This document shows positions 10,229 through 22,046 of a DNA stretch of 64,000 nucleotides, one piece after another. The stretch spans positions 620,001 through 684,000 of the forward strand of contig CBFDEM010000035.1 in NCBI GenBank assembly GCA_965603825.1. The letters are read 5' to 3'. Source of the stretch: Blepharisma stoltei ATCC 30299. Taxonomy: Eukaryota; Protista; Ciliophora. A program made the translations under genes and the position numbers. The notes under the pieces are model-generated. The model ran no database searches and was not told where the DNA came from. It was given only the letters and a program-made list of their open reading frames with translations. The stretch's first letter is position 1, and each line of letters opens with the position of its first letter.

Positions 10229-13200
10229 ATGATTGAAGAAGATAGGAATTTTAAAGTGCTTTGCAGATTTCGCCCTTGTGTAGAACAGCCAAGCTGTATA
10301 TTGCCATATCATGATGGAAAAACTGTAATTATATCGAAAAGAGACAGCACAGATCAAGATCGAAGAGAAAGGATTTCTCCGCATGCTTTTCAAATCCAGC
10401 CTACTGATTCTTTACATGTCAGATTTGATGGAATAATACAGCAAGATGACTCACAGAGTCAAATTTTTTCAGCGTGAATAGAAAACGCGATTAGTGATTT
10501 ATTAGCGGGGAGAAGTCTGAGCTTGATAGTTTTTGGGACCTCAGGGTCTGGAAAAAGCTTTACTATGCGAGGCGGTGAAGGCAAGCGGAGAGGGCTGGTC
10601 CTCAGAAGTGCTGAAATGCTATTATCGTTAACTAAAAAAAAGGAAAATACATATGACGTTAAAGTATCAGTCATCGCGGTCTGTGGTGAAAGAATTTTTG
10701 ACTTAATTACAAACACTCAAGACCGTAGTGAAGTCACTATCAAAAAAATTACCGATTTGCATGCTATTTTGCATCAAGCCTTAAAACACAGAAAACAAAT
10801 TGGCAAAGAACTTAAAGAAAAGCTGCATTTTATCGTTACTATGAGGGTTTATAAGCAAAACTCTTTAATTTCCCAAGGAGACTTTGTAGAGCTAGCTGCA
10901 TCAGAATATGCAAAAGGCGACAAGTCTATTTCAAGTGCTTTTAATTCACTAGCGAATATTCTGAAAAAAACTACTGGAAATTGGTATGATAATGCCCTGA
11001 CTTCTTATTTAAGAAATACATTGGATGTGTATAATCCTTTTAACCCAAGCCAAGCTATTATTATATGCTGCATTTACCCAGTTCAAGAGCTTCTAAAAGA
11101 CACTATCACTTTATTGAATTTTACAAGCAAAATGAGAGAAATTGCAGAGTCTAAAAGTCCTGATGAAGAAAAAAAGCCATTAATCAACCGTCTAAAGGCA
11201 AAAATTGAAGAAATTCCTGACCCTGCCAAGACCAGCCAGGACTTCAAAAATTCCAAACAATTTGAAAATAATTCCCTCAAGGGGCAAATTGAAAGAATCA
11301 GAGAAAGCTGGGCTAATAAAACTGACAGATACAGCCTAAGCCCAGAGCGAAAAGAAAGGTCTACAAGTGAATCAATTAGACAGTTAGAGCAAGCCTATAA
11401 TGAACTTAAATCAGAAAGGGAAAGACTCGAACTGGACCGAGAAAGAAGAATTTATCGAGAACAGTCCTTAAAAGACCAAATCGAAAAAATGGAAAATTTA
11501 TTATATGAAGAAAAAGAAAGCCATTTATTGCAAATCAAGTTACTTCAAAATGCAATGGCAAGGGAAGGGAAAAATTACAATGAGCCTATGGCTACTAAAA
11601 GAGGGGAAAATGATGAAGTATTGATGAAAAATGAAGAAATCAAAAGGCTTAAAGCACAAAATGAAGAAAATTTGTCAGCTGTGGGGCAGTATAAAGAACA
11701 ATTGGCAGCTAAAAACTCAATGATTTATCACCTACAACAAATAAATAATGATTTAAGGGCGAAAGTGGAAGAATATAAGTCGAAATTTGACTTGTCAGAG
11801 GAAAGGATAAGGCTTTATAAGCAAAAACAAGAAGAAATGAGAAACACTATGATAATTATCAGAAATAACATGGAAAAATCTAAATTAAGCTTGGAAGAAA
11901 AAGATAGGCAGCTGGAGCAGCTTAAATTTGCCATGGATTCTCCAGAAAGACTTACAAGAAGAGACAGGCTTGAAAACGCCGATCAATTTATTTCTCCTGA
12001 TTTTTGTAGGCAGCTTGCAAAAGCAGAAGAAATTCACGAAAAAACAGTTTCATCACTAACAGATGACATGGAAAAATATAAAGCGACGATAAAAGACCTG
12101 AACGACAAGCTTGCATCTCTTCAGTCAGAAAACCAAAAACTATCATCAAAAAGCTCAAAAATTGACAAAATTGAAGAGGAGCTTCAAAATCTCCAAATCC
12201 AATATTCTTCATTAGAAAAAGAATTTTCAAGCAGAGAAGAAACTTATATTGAGCAAATTTTTAAGCTTGAAGAGCAGCTTAAATCAAACAACTCTGATGC
12301 AAGAGTTTCTGACTCAGAGTTTGAGCAGCCTCCTCCCAACCAAAACTTGCATACAAGTATGACACAACTAAGCACGCTATCTATACAAGATGCTTTATTT
12401 ACCTGTAAAAATTTGATTTCGCTATTAGAGACGCTGATGAATCCGAATCAGTCAATTAAGAAAGTAAAGGAGCTGCAAAATAGACTGGAGATTGCTAAAA
12501 AAGAAATAATGAAAGATTTGGAAAATCCAAGCAGTGACGAGGCTTTTGATGTGCAGAATATCAGAAAAGAGCTGGATAAGGCTAAGCTAGAAAATGCTAT
12601 CTTAAAGCAGGGTAAAAATTCTGAGACTGAAAAATCAGAAGTCAGGAACACAACCATTAATAATATTTTAGAACTTGCAAAAGACCTTGAAAAGAAGCTT
12701 AAAGAAGAGCTTGAGTTTAGAAATAACATACTAGAAGCCCCAAAGTCTACGAATAAACTAGATTTGTCAAACATTGAAACAATCTCTGACATCACACATG
12801 ACTATTGCAAAATTGAGTTAAAAAATATGCATAGTACAGTTGAAGAGCTAAAAGGAGAAATCGGTGAATTAATGAAAAGATTAGAAAACTGTTTAAAAGA
12901 AAACAGATCAAAAGAAGAGCACATCCAAAATTTGCTGATTTCTTCATCTGTTTTAGACTCAGAAATCCAAAATGCTATTTCAATAATATGTGACTATGAA
13001 AACATTGTAAATGATTTAAAAAAGTTCACAAAACATGGATCGTCTACAAATAATGAAAAAGTTTTTCAAGAAAAAACTAGGGTTGAAATAGAAAATGAAG
13101 AACTTAAAGAAAGAGTTAAAAACCTAAAACAAAAACTCTATGAGGAAAGAAGCAAAAGTGATAGAGAAGTATTTAAATTTAAACAAGAAAGTGATTTATG

Positions 13201-13438
13201 CACTGAAAAAAATGAAAACACGTCAGCCAAGCTAGAGATTTTGCAAGTGAAATATACAAAACTGAAGCTGGACAATGACTGTCTAAAAATAAATAATAAT
13301 GAGCTGATGGCTGAGATAGAAAAGCTGAAAAAGCCTAATAAAGAAGTGGATGGCAGATTAAAGAAAATGCAAATCCATATTGATCATCTCAAAGATCTTT
13401 TAAAACCCAACGAAATTTTGGTAGAAGACATTTTTTAA
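10229..13438 (+). CDS. Kinesin-like protein with a degenerate motor domain and long coiled coil (1069 aa)
   Basis: Two track ORFs joined by TGA at 10475-10477. KVLCRFRP and P-loop GTSGSGKSFTM are present; switch II reads ELAASE; long heptad tail. Confidence 0.85.
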
Positions 13439-13477
13439 ATTTTGAAGCTAATAATTATAATATCCGTATAATGTCAA

Positions 13478-14014
13478 TTACCCTAATCTATAGCCTTGTC
13501 CAGAAAAAAATTGTTGCTCGTTTCTCTGATTATTGGAATTTTGAGCGAAATTTCAGCCTGATTCCAGCTCATATGATTGGCCTCCTCCTTGGCTGGTTAA
13601 AAATAAAGCTATTTAAAATTTACCTTTGAGCTCTTTATATGACAAAAATGTGTAATATAAGCTGACAATATAAAAAGGCAGCTTTATTAAAATAAAGAAA
13701 TAAATAAACCCAGATTCTGCTGTTATTGAGTATTGGCTAGTGAATAAGACTTCTCCACAGAAATTAATGCTAGAAAATAAGTCCATCAGTGTCAATACAA
13801 TATAAACCACACATGAGCATCAATTAGAATTTCTGATTGCAAGAAAAAGTATTAATGCTCCAATAAGCATCATAATCCCATTCCAAACGTCTGCAAAGAA
13901 TTGAAAAATAGCTAAAGTGATCTGAATTATGATGATAAGCTTGAGAATTTTGAATAGCTTGGTGGCTTCTTGAGATGGGTTTGGTCCTAGTCCAGTTGGC
14001 AAGCAGCAATTCAT
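13478..14014 (-). CDS. Small multi-pass membrane protein with a C-terminal SHP-box-like motif (173 aa, 1 intron)
   Basis: About four hydrophobic segments. Reading TGA as Trp and removing intron 13609-13623 gives the C-terminus ...QQFFSGQGYRLG*. Confidence 0.8.
13609..13623 (-). other. 15-nt spliceosomal intron
   Basis: GTAAATTTTAAATAG; contains the in-frame TAA. Confidence 0.85.
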
Positions 14015-14210
14015 ATTGAATTTTATTATTTTTTGTAATTTTATTATATTTTAGGAGTTTATGAGACTAGAAGATGAATTTTATATATACTGATAGATAT
14101 AGAATACTATTTTTTTGATAAATAAAGAAAAATAACTGAAATTGAAATTAGAAATAATTAAAGCAATTTTAAAGATTGCTGGCTATTACAATTAGTAAAA
14201 AAGCCAATCA

Positions 14211-15205
14211 TTATGTTTTTGGCTCAGAAAGCTTAGATATTCCGGCTATGATCTTTTCAGCTGTTTCTTTAGGATTATCTAAATATAGTTGATGTCCAGC
14301 GTTTGAAACAGTCTCAATGATAACGTTTGATTGGTTTACTTCTTTATTTTGATGAGCTCCTTGAGAGCTCATCCAGTCCTGATCTCCAAAAAGAAACACA
14401 ATTGGAATATTTTTTAGCCTATCACAGAGAGGTGCATGGGGATACAACAGTTCTTTCATAATTTTTGGTAATGCGTATTCTCCGCTTCCAGGGCACAAAT
14501 TCACTTGTTCGAAATAAATTTTTAAGTATTTCCTTTCAATTTTAGTAAGCCCAATAATTCTTCTTTTAAGATAATTTTTAATAAATCTTCCTCCAAAAGG
14601 TCCTATTTTTCTCAATAAAGTAGCAGGGTTAACATTTCTATTAAACAAATATCTTCCTGATTTAATCAAAATTCTCACAAATCAATTCTTAGACTCAAGA
14701 AACCTTTCAAAGTCATACTCCTCTGTCGGCTTAGAAATGCCAGCAGGAGATATCATAATTAATTTTTCTACTCTTTGTGGGTAGGCTTCTGCATAACACC
14801 CTGCTATATACCCTCCAAACGAATGCCCTGCTAATATCATTTTTTCTATTCCAAGATACTCTCTACAGATTTCAATTGGAATAATAAAAAAAGACTCACA
14901 TTCGCTATATCCGTTAGCCTTAAAAACTGGTCTGCTTGATCTCCCCATCCCGATAAGATCCAAACAATAAATTCGATAGTGCTCAGTAAGAAATTTCAAA
15001 ATTTTAAAGAACATTATGCTTCACCTAAATACCCATGCAATAGCATCATTGGAGGATTTTCCGAATTTCCACAGATGAGGCAATATACAGAATGGTTTTC
15101 ATCAATAGAAATCCTAGTTTTTTCTATTTCAATCCCTGATAGCTGAATTAAGTTATTTTCGGCTTCTTCAAGTAATTTAAAGTTAAGAGGTGACCATCCT
15201 GCCAT
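14211..15205 (-). CDS. ABHD4/ABHD5(CGI-58)/Ict1-like alpha/beta hydrolase-acyltransferase with a 1-nt frameshift near 15014-15022
   Basis: LLHGY, DLIGMGRSSRP, GHSFGGY and HQLYLD (HX4D) motifs. The span is 995 nt, one short of a multiple of three. Confidence 0.85.
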
Positions 15206-15231
15206 GATTTATTGAAATTTTATTTATTTTA

Positions 15232-17106
15232 TTAATTTACTTGTAGTTTTATAGCTTTTTCAATTAATTTCGCAATATCGTCAAGATTAGGGCTAAATAC
15301 AAAACTTGGAGGGTATTCTTTTTTTACCCTTTTAGGGCTTTCTTGAGACTGCAAAGCTCCTGCAGCTAAATTAAGCAAATATCCTTTGCTTTCATAAAAT
15401 TTATCGAGTTCTTTAAAGTATTTTCTTTTGCATTCTCTAATGAATTCAGTTAAAATTCTATCTCTTTGTATATCTGGAATGCTCGGCACTTTAGGCTGGG
15501 AATTTCCTTTCCCTTTTCCTTTTCCAGATTTCGGCTTTACTTGTGAATTAATATAAATTTGCATGCCTTGATTTCACAGCTCAATAAGCAAGCTTCATCT
15601 TTCGTTTTTCTTTTTTACATAAAGGGCTCATGCTTTCTGGATTTTTACAGCACATAAATAATAATCATTAAAATGCGTGGGAATATCTCTCATCCTGGCA
15701 CTCTGTTTTATCAGCTTCAATAATTTCTCTTTTACGTCTCTGTTTATTATTATTTTTATATTATGCGAATAAAGCTTCAACAATGGGCCAGCTCTCAATA
15801 AATTGATATCATTTGAGGTCACATTTTGCTTTTTTTTTCTATAAAACATCTGAATTTTCCTTGCAGACCCATTTTCTTTTAATTTTGATAAAGTCTTAGA
15901 TCTTTCTTTTCTTTTTCTTTCGTTTAAGGTTTCAAGCCCCTGCACGAATTTTATTAATACAATCCAAAGTTTTTGCTGGGCTTGCAAAATAGCTTCAGCT
16001 TCTTTGTATTCCCTTTGTTTTCTTTCTTCTGCTCGCTTTATTTCATTTCTAATTATCATCATTTCAGCTTTTTTTCTTTTTTCTAATAAAAATTTCTTTT
16101 TTCTTTCGATTGTCTGCTTATGTCTGATTTCTCAAGTCAAAGGCTTTGCGGAGACTCCTAATATTCCTTTAATTGTTTTTTTTTGGGTGTATTGTGCTCT
16201 GTGCTTTTCTAAGTCCATTTCCATTATTTTGGCTATTTCACTCTGGTATGCTTCGTCATTGTCTTTAGGGTCATATCTGTTTTGGGTGGATTTGTGCTCG
16301 TTTTCTCGTCCAAAAGCAATAATAATTGAATAATTTGAGTCAAAAACTGCATAAATCCCTAAATTTATAGTTTCAGCTCTGAATCTTAATCCAGGGTCAG
16401 AAACTTCAAAATTATAAGACTTTGAAGCTTGGTCATACGTAGCTTCGCTTGGCATAATTGCAGTTCTTGAGACAAAAGTTTTCACTTTTCCTTTGGCACA
16501 TTTTATTATCACCCTCATAGGACATTTTTTCCCTTTTACACTTACCCGAAAATAATGACTTTCTCCAATTTCTAAATAATCATCAAAGCGTTCCCCTTCT
16601 ACAAGCTCCATTCTTCTATTTCCTAAATTTTTATTCGAAATAACCATTTCCAGCCTATTTAAAATTTTTGTAAAATCCTGTTCTGAAGGTAGCCTTCTAT
16701 GTGTTTTTTCATTAATCATAAATTCATCGTTCCCTATAATTGGAGTGCTGCTAACTGAAAGCGATTTTCTTGAAAGTCTCTCATTTTCTCTTAATGTTAA
16801 GCCACATATATCACTTGTGAGCGGTTTTTTTGGAAAATAAAGCTCAACTTGGTATTGTGAATCGTCTGGTTTCATATGCTCGAATTCATCTAATTTTTCT
16901 CAATGATTATCATGCAATAAATTAAACCTATTTGTCATTGATGGCTTATCAATTGTCTGAATAAGATTATCTATTAAAAGCTTGGGCCTAAAAAGCGTCG
17001 AAGCTGTTGCAGCACGTGATGATAAAGACCCAGCTGAGCTGGTTTGTGGCCTTTTTACTAAAGAGCGTGTAGTTTGGGGTCTTGATCTGTCAGTGTATTT
17101 GTTCAT
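15232..17106 (-). CDS. Hypothetical protein with IQ-like motifs and coiled coil (624 aa)
   Basis: Four in-frame track ORFs joined by TGA=Trp; SARKIQMFYRK and AVKIQKAW resemble IQ motifs. Confidence 0.75.
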
Positions 17107-17201
17107 TTTTTAAACGTTTATGTACTTTATTATCCAGTAACGAATAAAATTGCTATTTAAACTAAGCGAATAATAAGTTAAAAATAGCCAGACTTCTTAC
17201 T

Positions 17202-18407
17202 TTAATGAGGACATACCATCATATTAGCTCTGATGTGATAAGCTTGAAGGGATCCAACGTAATGCCAAACTGCAGCTGCAACTACAAAGCAATGCCAAAT
17301 GTTATGGGAGTTCCCACAAAAGTCAAACTTTCCTGGATAAAGCCTTTCTGGGAATCTTGCGATATAAATAAGCACCCCTACAATATAACTAGCAGCCATC
17401 ATCAAATAGCACGCAAAGGCTGTCAAAAAATACTCTGCCTGGTCCCTACATAATTTTTACGAGTAAACCAAATGAACTGAAGGTATAACCCCAAGCAGCC
17501 CCAATACCAAAAAAATGGTCCCTCTAAACCACCTTAGCTCTGCAATCTGGAATTTGGGCATCATCGCAACTACAAACACTATTAAACTTGCTAGAGAAAT
17601 TCCAGTCAAATAAAACGTTATATATTCTATATACTTTTTACCTTGATGACAATAAAACGGATAATAAATCGCAGGGAAAAAAGATCCAGCAATTAAAAAA
17701 GAAATCCCAGCATAGTCTAGCCTTGCTAATGTACGACAAAGATTATTAGAATAATCCTTCCAGAGATGGTAAATTGAAGAGCAGCCTAGACATATGATGG
17801 CACTGGCAAGGAAAATCACGACTGGCCATCTTGAAAGCTGATGCTTAATAGCAAACTCTGGGTATGGGTTATAAATATCAATCCAGTCCAATTCTTTACT
17901 GTCAATTAATCTAACTAATTTAGATATTTTTTCTTTTAGAGGGTGAAATTTTTCAGTACCATTCAGAGACTGTAAATCAGAATATATGCTTAATATTTTG
18001 TGTTCGAGCTTTTCTCCATAATGTTGGGCTTCTTGCAAAAAATCGGTAAGTTTTATTTGCAATTGTTGCTCGTATTGATATGCAATTGATCCGATTTCGT
18101 TTATGGTAGAAACGCTGGCTTGGTAACTATTTAGAATGGTTGTTTTAAGGTCTTCGAGCAATTCAGGCTTGGAGTTTGAGGTTAATCCAAGTCATACAAC
18201 TGTGTAGTAAATAAACATGATAAATAGTATCACCCCAAGCAAGTGGGTCCAAACATTGACTGACTCATTGTGAATCATAAACAAGCTTTTTAGAATTCGT
18301 TTTGGGGAGCTGAAGTGTAAGCGGTAGCCTTGATGGATAAAATCGTTGTCCCGTAGAAACTCATGATCTTTGTCAAGTGGACCTATTCTCTCCTTAGGGA
18401 TTTTCAT
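17202..18407 (-). CDS. PAQR/AdipoR (haemolysin-III family) membrane protein (391 aa, 2 introns)
   Basis: DNDFIHQGYR, HNESVNVWTHLLG, SSIYH, RLDYAGI and RFPERLYPGKFDFCGNSHNIWH motifs. Confidence 0.93.
17446..17460 (-). other. 15-nt spliceosomal intron
   Basis: GTAAAAATTATGTAG; removes an in-frame TAA. Confidence 0.88.
17627..17641 (-). other. Probable 15-nt stop-free, in-frame intron
   Basis: GTAAAAAGTATATAG matches the intron consensus; translated in the track as GKKYI inside the PAQR. Confidence 0.7.
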
Positions 18408-19325
18408 TTTTATCAGAATTATTACGCTTGCGTCATAAGTAGATAACTATGCCATGGTCAATAAAATAAGTGCAATATGGAGCAATTATCAGTAGGGAAT
18501 TAATTTATTGAAATATTGGAATTTGTGTGAAATTTCAAAATTAATTAAAATAAAATATAATTAAATATAATTTGTATTTGTGGATTGGAAGAAATAGTGA
18601 ATATTAAATTTTCATTATGCTTTTCTTATGATTTAAGATATAGATAATCTATAGTGCTTTCTTAACTCGATGACGTATTCTACAAATCGTCATTAATTTG
18701 GACATATTTGAAAAATTAAAATTTTATATGATATTTATTAAAAGATGAAAAATAAATTACTCATTTTATGATATTTTCTTTTTATACTGAGGATTTATAT
18801 AGATTTAAAAAATTAAATATAAGTATTATAAACTGCTAAATTCGCTTCTTAGCTAAGAGTCAACATATTGCATTTAAAAAAGCATTGCAAGAGATCTCAT
18901 AGCAGTCTTATTATTTACAGAGACGCAATCCAGCCTGCATTACAAATTGCTACTTCGCCCATATATAATCATGAATTTTTATTAACGTAAAAATAGGATA
19001 ATTGATATAGATATAGCAAATTATAAATATAATACTGAATTACTATGACGTCATTCCATGCTCCCATTTTTAATCTAAATAATAATTTTAATTATTTTTA
19101 TCTTTATAACTCAAAGATCATTCACTTTTCCTTACTGCTTAATTTAATTTTTGACCTTAGCATATCTATTAACTCCTGAATTCTTTAAATTATAAAAATA
19201 TCAGCTTTTTATTGGCAAATCTTGCTTATCTTGCAATTAAGACACCAACAATAATTCATTTTTAAAGTCTCAGTTCAAATCAGATTTTCTCATTTTTTCA
19301 ACTGGTGACAAAAAATACAAAAATA

Positions 19326-20306
19326 ATGCAAAAAGGGATAATTCTCACATGCACTCTCATCCTCATCCAGTCACAGCAAATTGAAACAGAGTGTCCAATT
19401 TATCGTTGTCACGATGAATCTAAAGCAGAAGATGAGTGCGCTATTGTGAATGGGCCTGATTTTATAATTAAACCATGTCCTGAAGGCCAATCCTGCGATC
19501 CCACAATAAGAAAATGCGTAAAAAGCAGCAAAGTTTTAGCATTTCCAGGAAATAAATGTGATAGTGAGCAGAAATGTTTGTGGGACTGTATTGATGGGGT
19601 TTGCAGGGGAAAAAAAGAGTTCGAGAATTGCCATTCTGAAATAGAATGTGACAGCGAACTCATGTGCTACAAAGGCTCATGCCGTAAAAAGATCTCCCAC
19701 AGTGAAAAATGCCTCAAAGACTACGAGTGTCCTAACGATGAATTTTGCTATAATGGGGCTTGCACAAAATATTTCAGTTTAAAATCTGGAGAATTCATAC
19801 ACTCATGTATAGATTATGAATCCAAACAATGCTCATCAGGGATGTGCTATTCCTACCGTTGTATTGACGAACTCTCAATTGAAAGATTTGAAAAAAATCC
19901 TTGTTCTGACCATTTCTGTGAGGTAGTACATGGTGATATGCAATTTTACCACAAGTGTTCTTGTGGGCTAAGCCCTAATGGGGATTCTTATTGTGAATCA
20001 GTAGCTACAGACCCAGTAAGAGCAGTAAAACGCAAATTATGGAAAAAATGGGTAAATAGCAAAGAAATCCATAATTGCAATACAATACAAAGATTTGACC
20101 TTTCTTGTGTAAAAGATTGGGACTATGAACTGTACAAGAATATTTTATATTATGACATAATAATCAAAAATTTTGCCAAGTTGCAAAACATTGAAGAGTG
20201 TGTACAAAACAGTGTTTTTCCACAGATTCGTGACTTGATAGAGCAAGTTGATGGGTCTTATGGGATTGGGCTGTTTTTATATTTAATGACATTATTGTTA
20301 GTATAA
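19326..20306 (+). CDS. Cysteine-rich secreted/surface protein (326 aa)
   Basis: Signal-like N-terminus, many C-x5-C repeats and a hydrophobic C-terminus (GPI/TM-like). ATG at 19326 is preferred over the track's GTG. Confidence 0.8.
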   Translation: MQKGIILTCTLILIQSQQIETECPIYRCHDESKAEDECAIVNGPDFIIKPCPEGQSCDPTIRKCVKSSKVLAFPGNKCDSEQKCLWDCIDGVCRGKKEFENCHSEIECDSELMCYKGSCRKKISHSEKCLKDYECPNDEFCYNGACTKYFSLKSGEFIHSCIDYESKQCSSGMCYSYRCIDELSIERFEKNPCSDHFCEVVHGDMQFYHKCSCGLSPNGDSYCESVATDPVRAVKRKLWKKWVNSKEIHNCNTIQRFDLSCVKDWDYELYKNILYYDIIIKNFAKLQNIEECVQNSVFPQIRDLIEQVDGSYGIGLFLYLMTLLLV

Positions 20307-20328
20307 GTAATACACATTTACTATAGAA

Positions 20329-21759
20329 TTAATTCAGCCATGATATATTATGAGTTCTTTTTGAAAGACTTCGCTTTGGCGAATATGATCCAGGGCCTAC
20401 TTGGTTGCCATACTGGGTTTCCTTTATATAACTGCCTATTCCTCCTTTAAATCTAACCTCAGAGCCAATAGTAGCTCCCCTTTTCCGAGAGCTTTCAGCT
20501 GTACGATAAATTCCAGGATCAGGGTTTTCTTCAGCCCCATCCAAAAATTCTGCAACTCGAAGAGTTTTGCTTCCAAATGGAGCAGCTTGGTTCCTTTGAG
20601 AACTCCAAGGTGAAAAACTAGTATAATTCCCAGGACCTGGAGTTTTGGTATCACCTACAACATGTATATATTGGTCACTTGTAGGCTGGAATCTTGGAGA
20701 TTTTCAGTTCATTGGGGAGGCTTGCTTTTTTGCTTTAGGGGCATTATAAGTCCCAGGTCCAGGGGATTCGTGTCGAGAATTTATTGATTTAAACCGTGAT
20801 TCCATAGAGAAACTATACGAACTTAACGAAGAGCCACCTATTTCTACTTCATAAGTTCCTGGGCCAATTTGTGTTCTCGTTATTGGTTTTATGCACTCTC
20901 TTGCTGTACCTGACTTAAAAATTGGGCTTGGCTGTCTTGGTTTTGCTTTAAATTTTGTCGGTTTTGGCTCCACTCCTTCTCTTTTTGGTCCATAATCAAT
21001 ATTTCTCTGCGATTTATTAGCAATTACACTATGCGAGCTTGGTTTTACTACTTCTATATTAGGATCATAATATCCAGGCCCAGGAAGATTTGAGTCAGCT
21101 ACCTTAAATCTTGGTGACTTTGAGCTAAAATCTCTTTCTGAAAGCTTAGATTTCTCTTTCTCTTTTTCAGCTGCATATTTTCCAGGCCCTACGTTTTCTC
21201 TGCTTGGGATTTTGGTAAAAGGGTTTGTTTTGTCTCATAAATTTCTTTCATGCTTAGATTTCCCAAATAAAATTACTCCAAGGTTTGGTTTGGTTTGAGA
21301 CAATTTTGGATAGTATTCAGCTGGGCTTGCTTTTAAAACTTGTCCATCATATCTTGAAACTTCTTGCCTTTCTAATAGAGGAATTGAAACAGGAACTGGC
21401 GCAGGATGAATTGTTATCCTATGAACAGTTTTTAGTGAAGGCTTATTTTTTGGCTGATCTTCAATTAAATAGGTTCCTGGGCCTGGGCTGCGCTCTTTTT
21501 CACCTTGAAATCTGGGAGAGTTTGAGTTAAACGCAAACATCGAATGATTTACACCTTTTTGTGTAGGAGAATAAGTCCCTGGGCCTGGGAGATCTTCAAA
21601 ATCGTGGGCTGTTAGAAGACTGACACTTCGATCTGATTGAGAAAAGCTAAAAGAACTGCCTTTTCTATAAATTGAGGATGGCTTATAATATCCAGGGCCT
21701 GGATTTGGCTTTTTTTCAGTTATATCACTAAACTTTGGAGATCTGCATAAATTTATCAT
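20329..21759 (-). CDS. SHIPPO/PGP-repeat (ODF3/STPG-like) ciliary microtubule-associated protein (476 aa)
   Basis: About nine PGPGxY-like repeats; track ORFs are in frame through TGA=Trp. Confidence 0.88.
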
Positions 21760-22046
21760 TACAATTCAATAAGTAATTTATATACGTGAGCGATTTTAGT
21801 ATTATGATTATTTATCTATATAATGATAAATTTAGCTAAAGCTTCCAAAAATAAATAAGAATAGACCATTTGGTAAATATTAGCATTTTTATAGCGTAGC
21901 TTATATGAAAAACATAATAAGAAAAATTGATTTATTTAGATATTAAATATTTATCGAAAGCACTTCTTTCTTTTAGTAGTTATAATGATAAATTAATTCA
22001 TATTAGTAAATGCTGTTATTAAGATAAGCTTATTTCTGATATAAAA

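Noticed and set aside
15018-15031. 14-nt GTATTTAGGTGAAG as an intron fixing the ABHD frameshift
   Set aside because: Wrong length class, and it would delete the conserved residues after HG.
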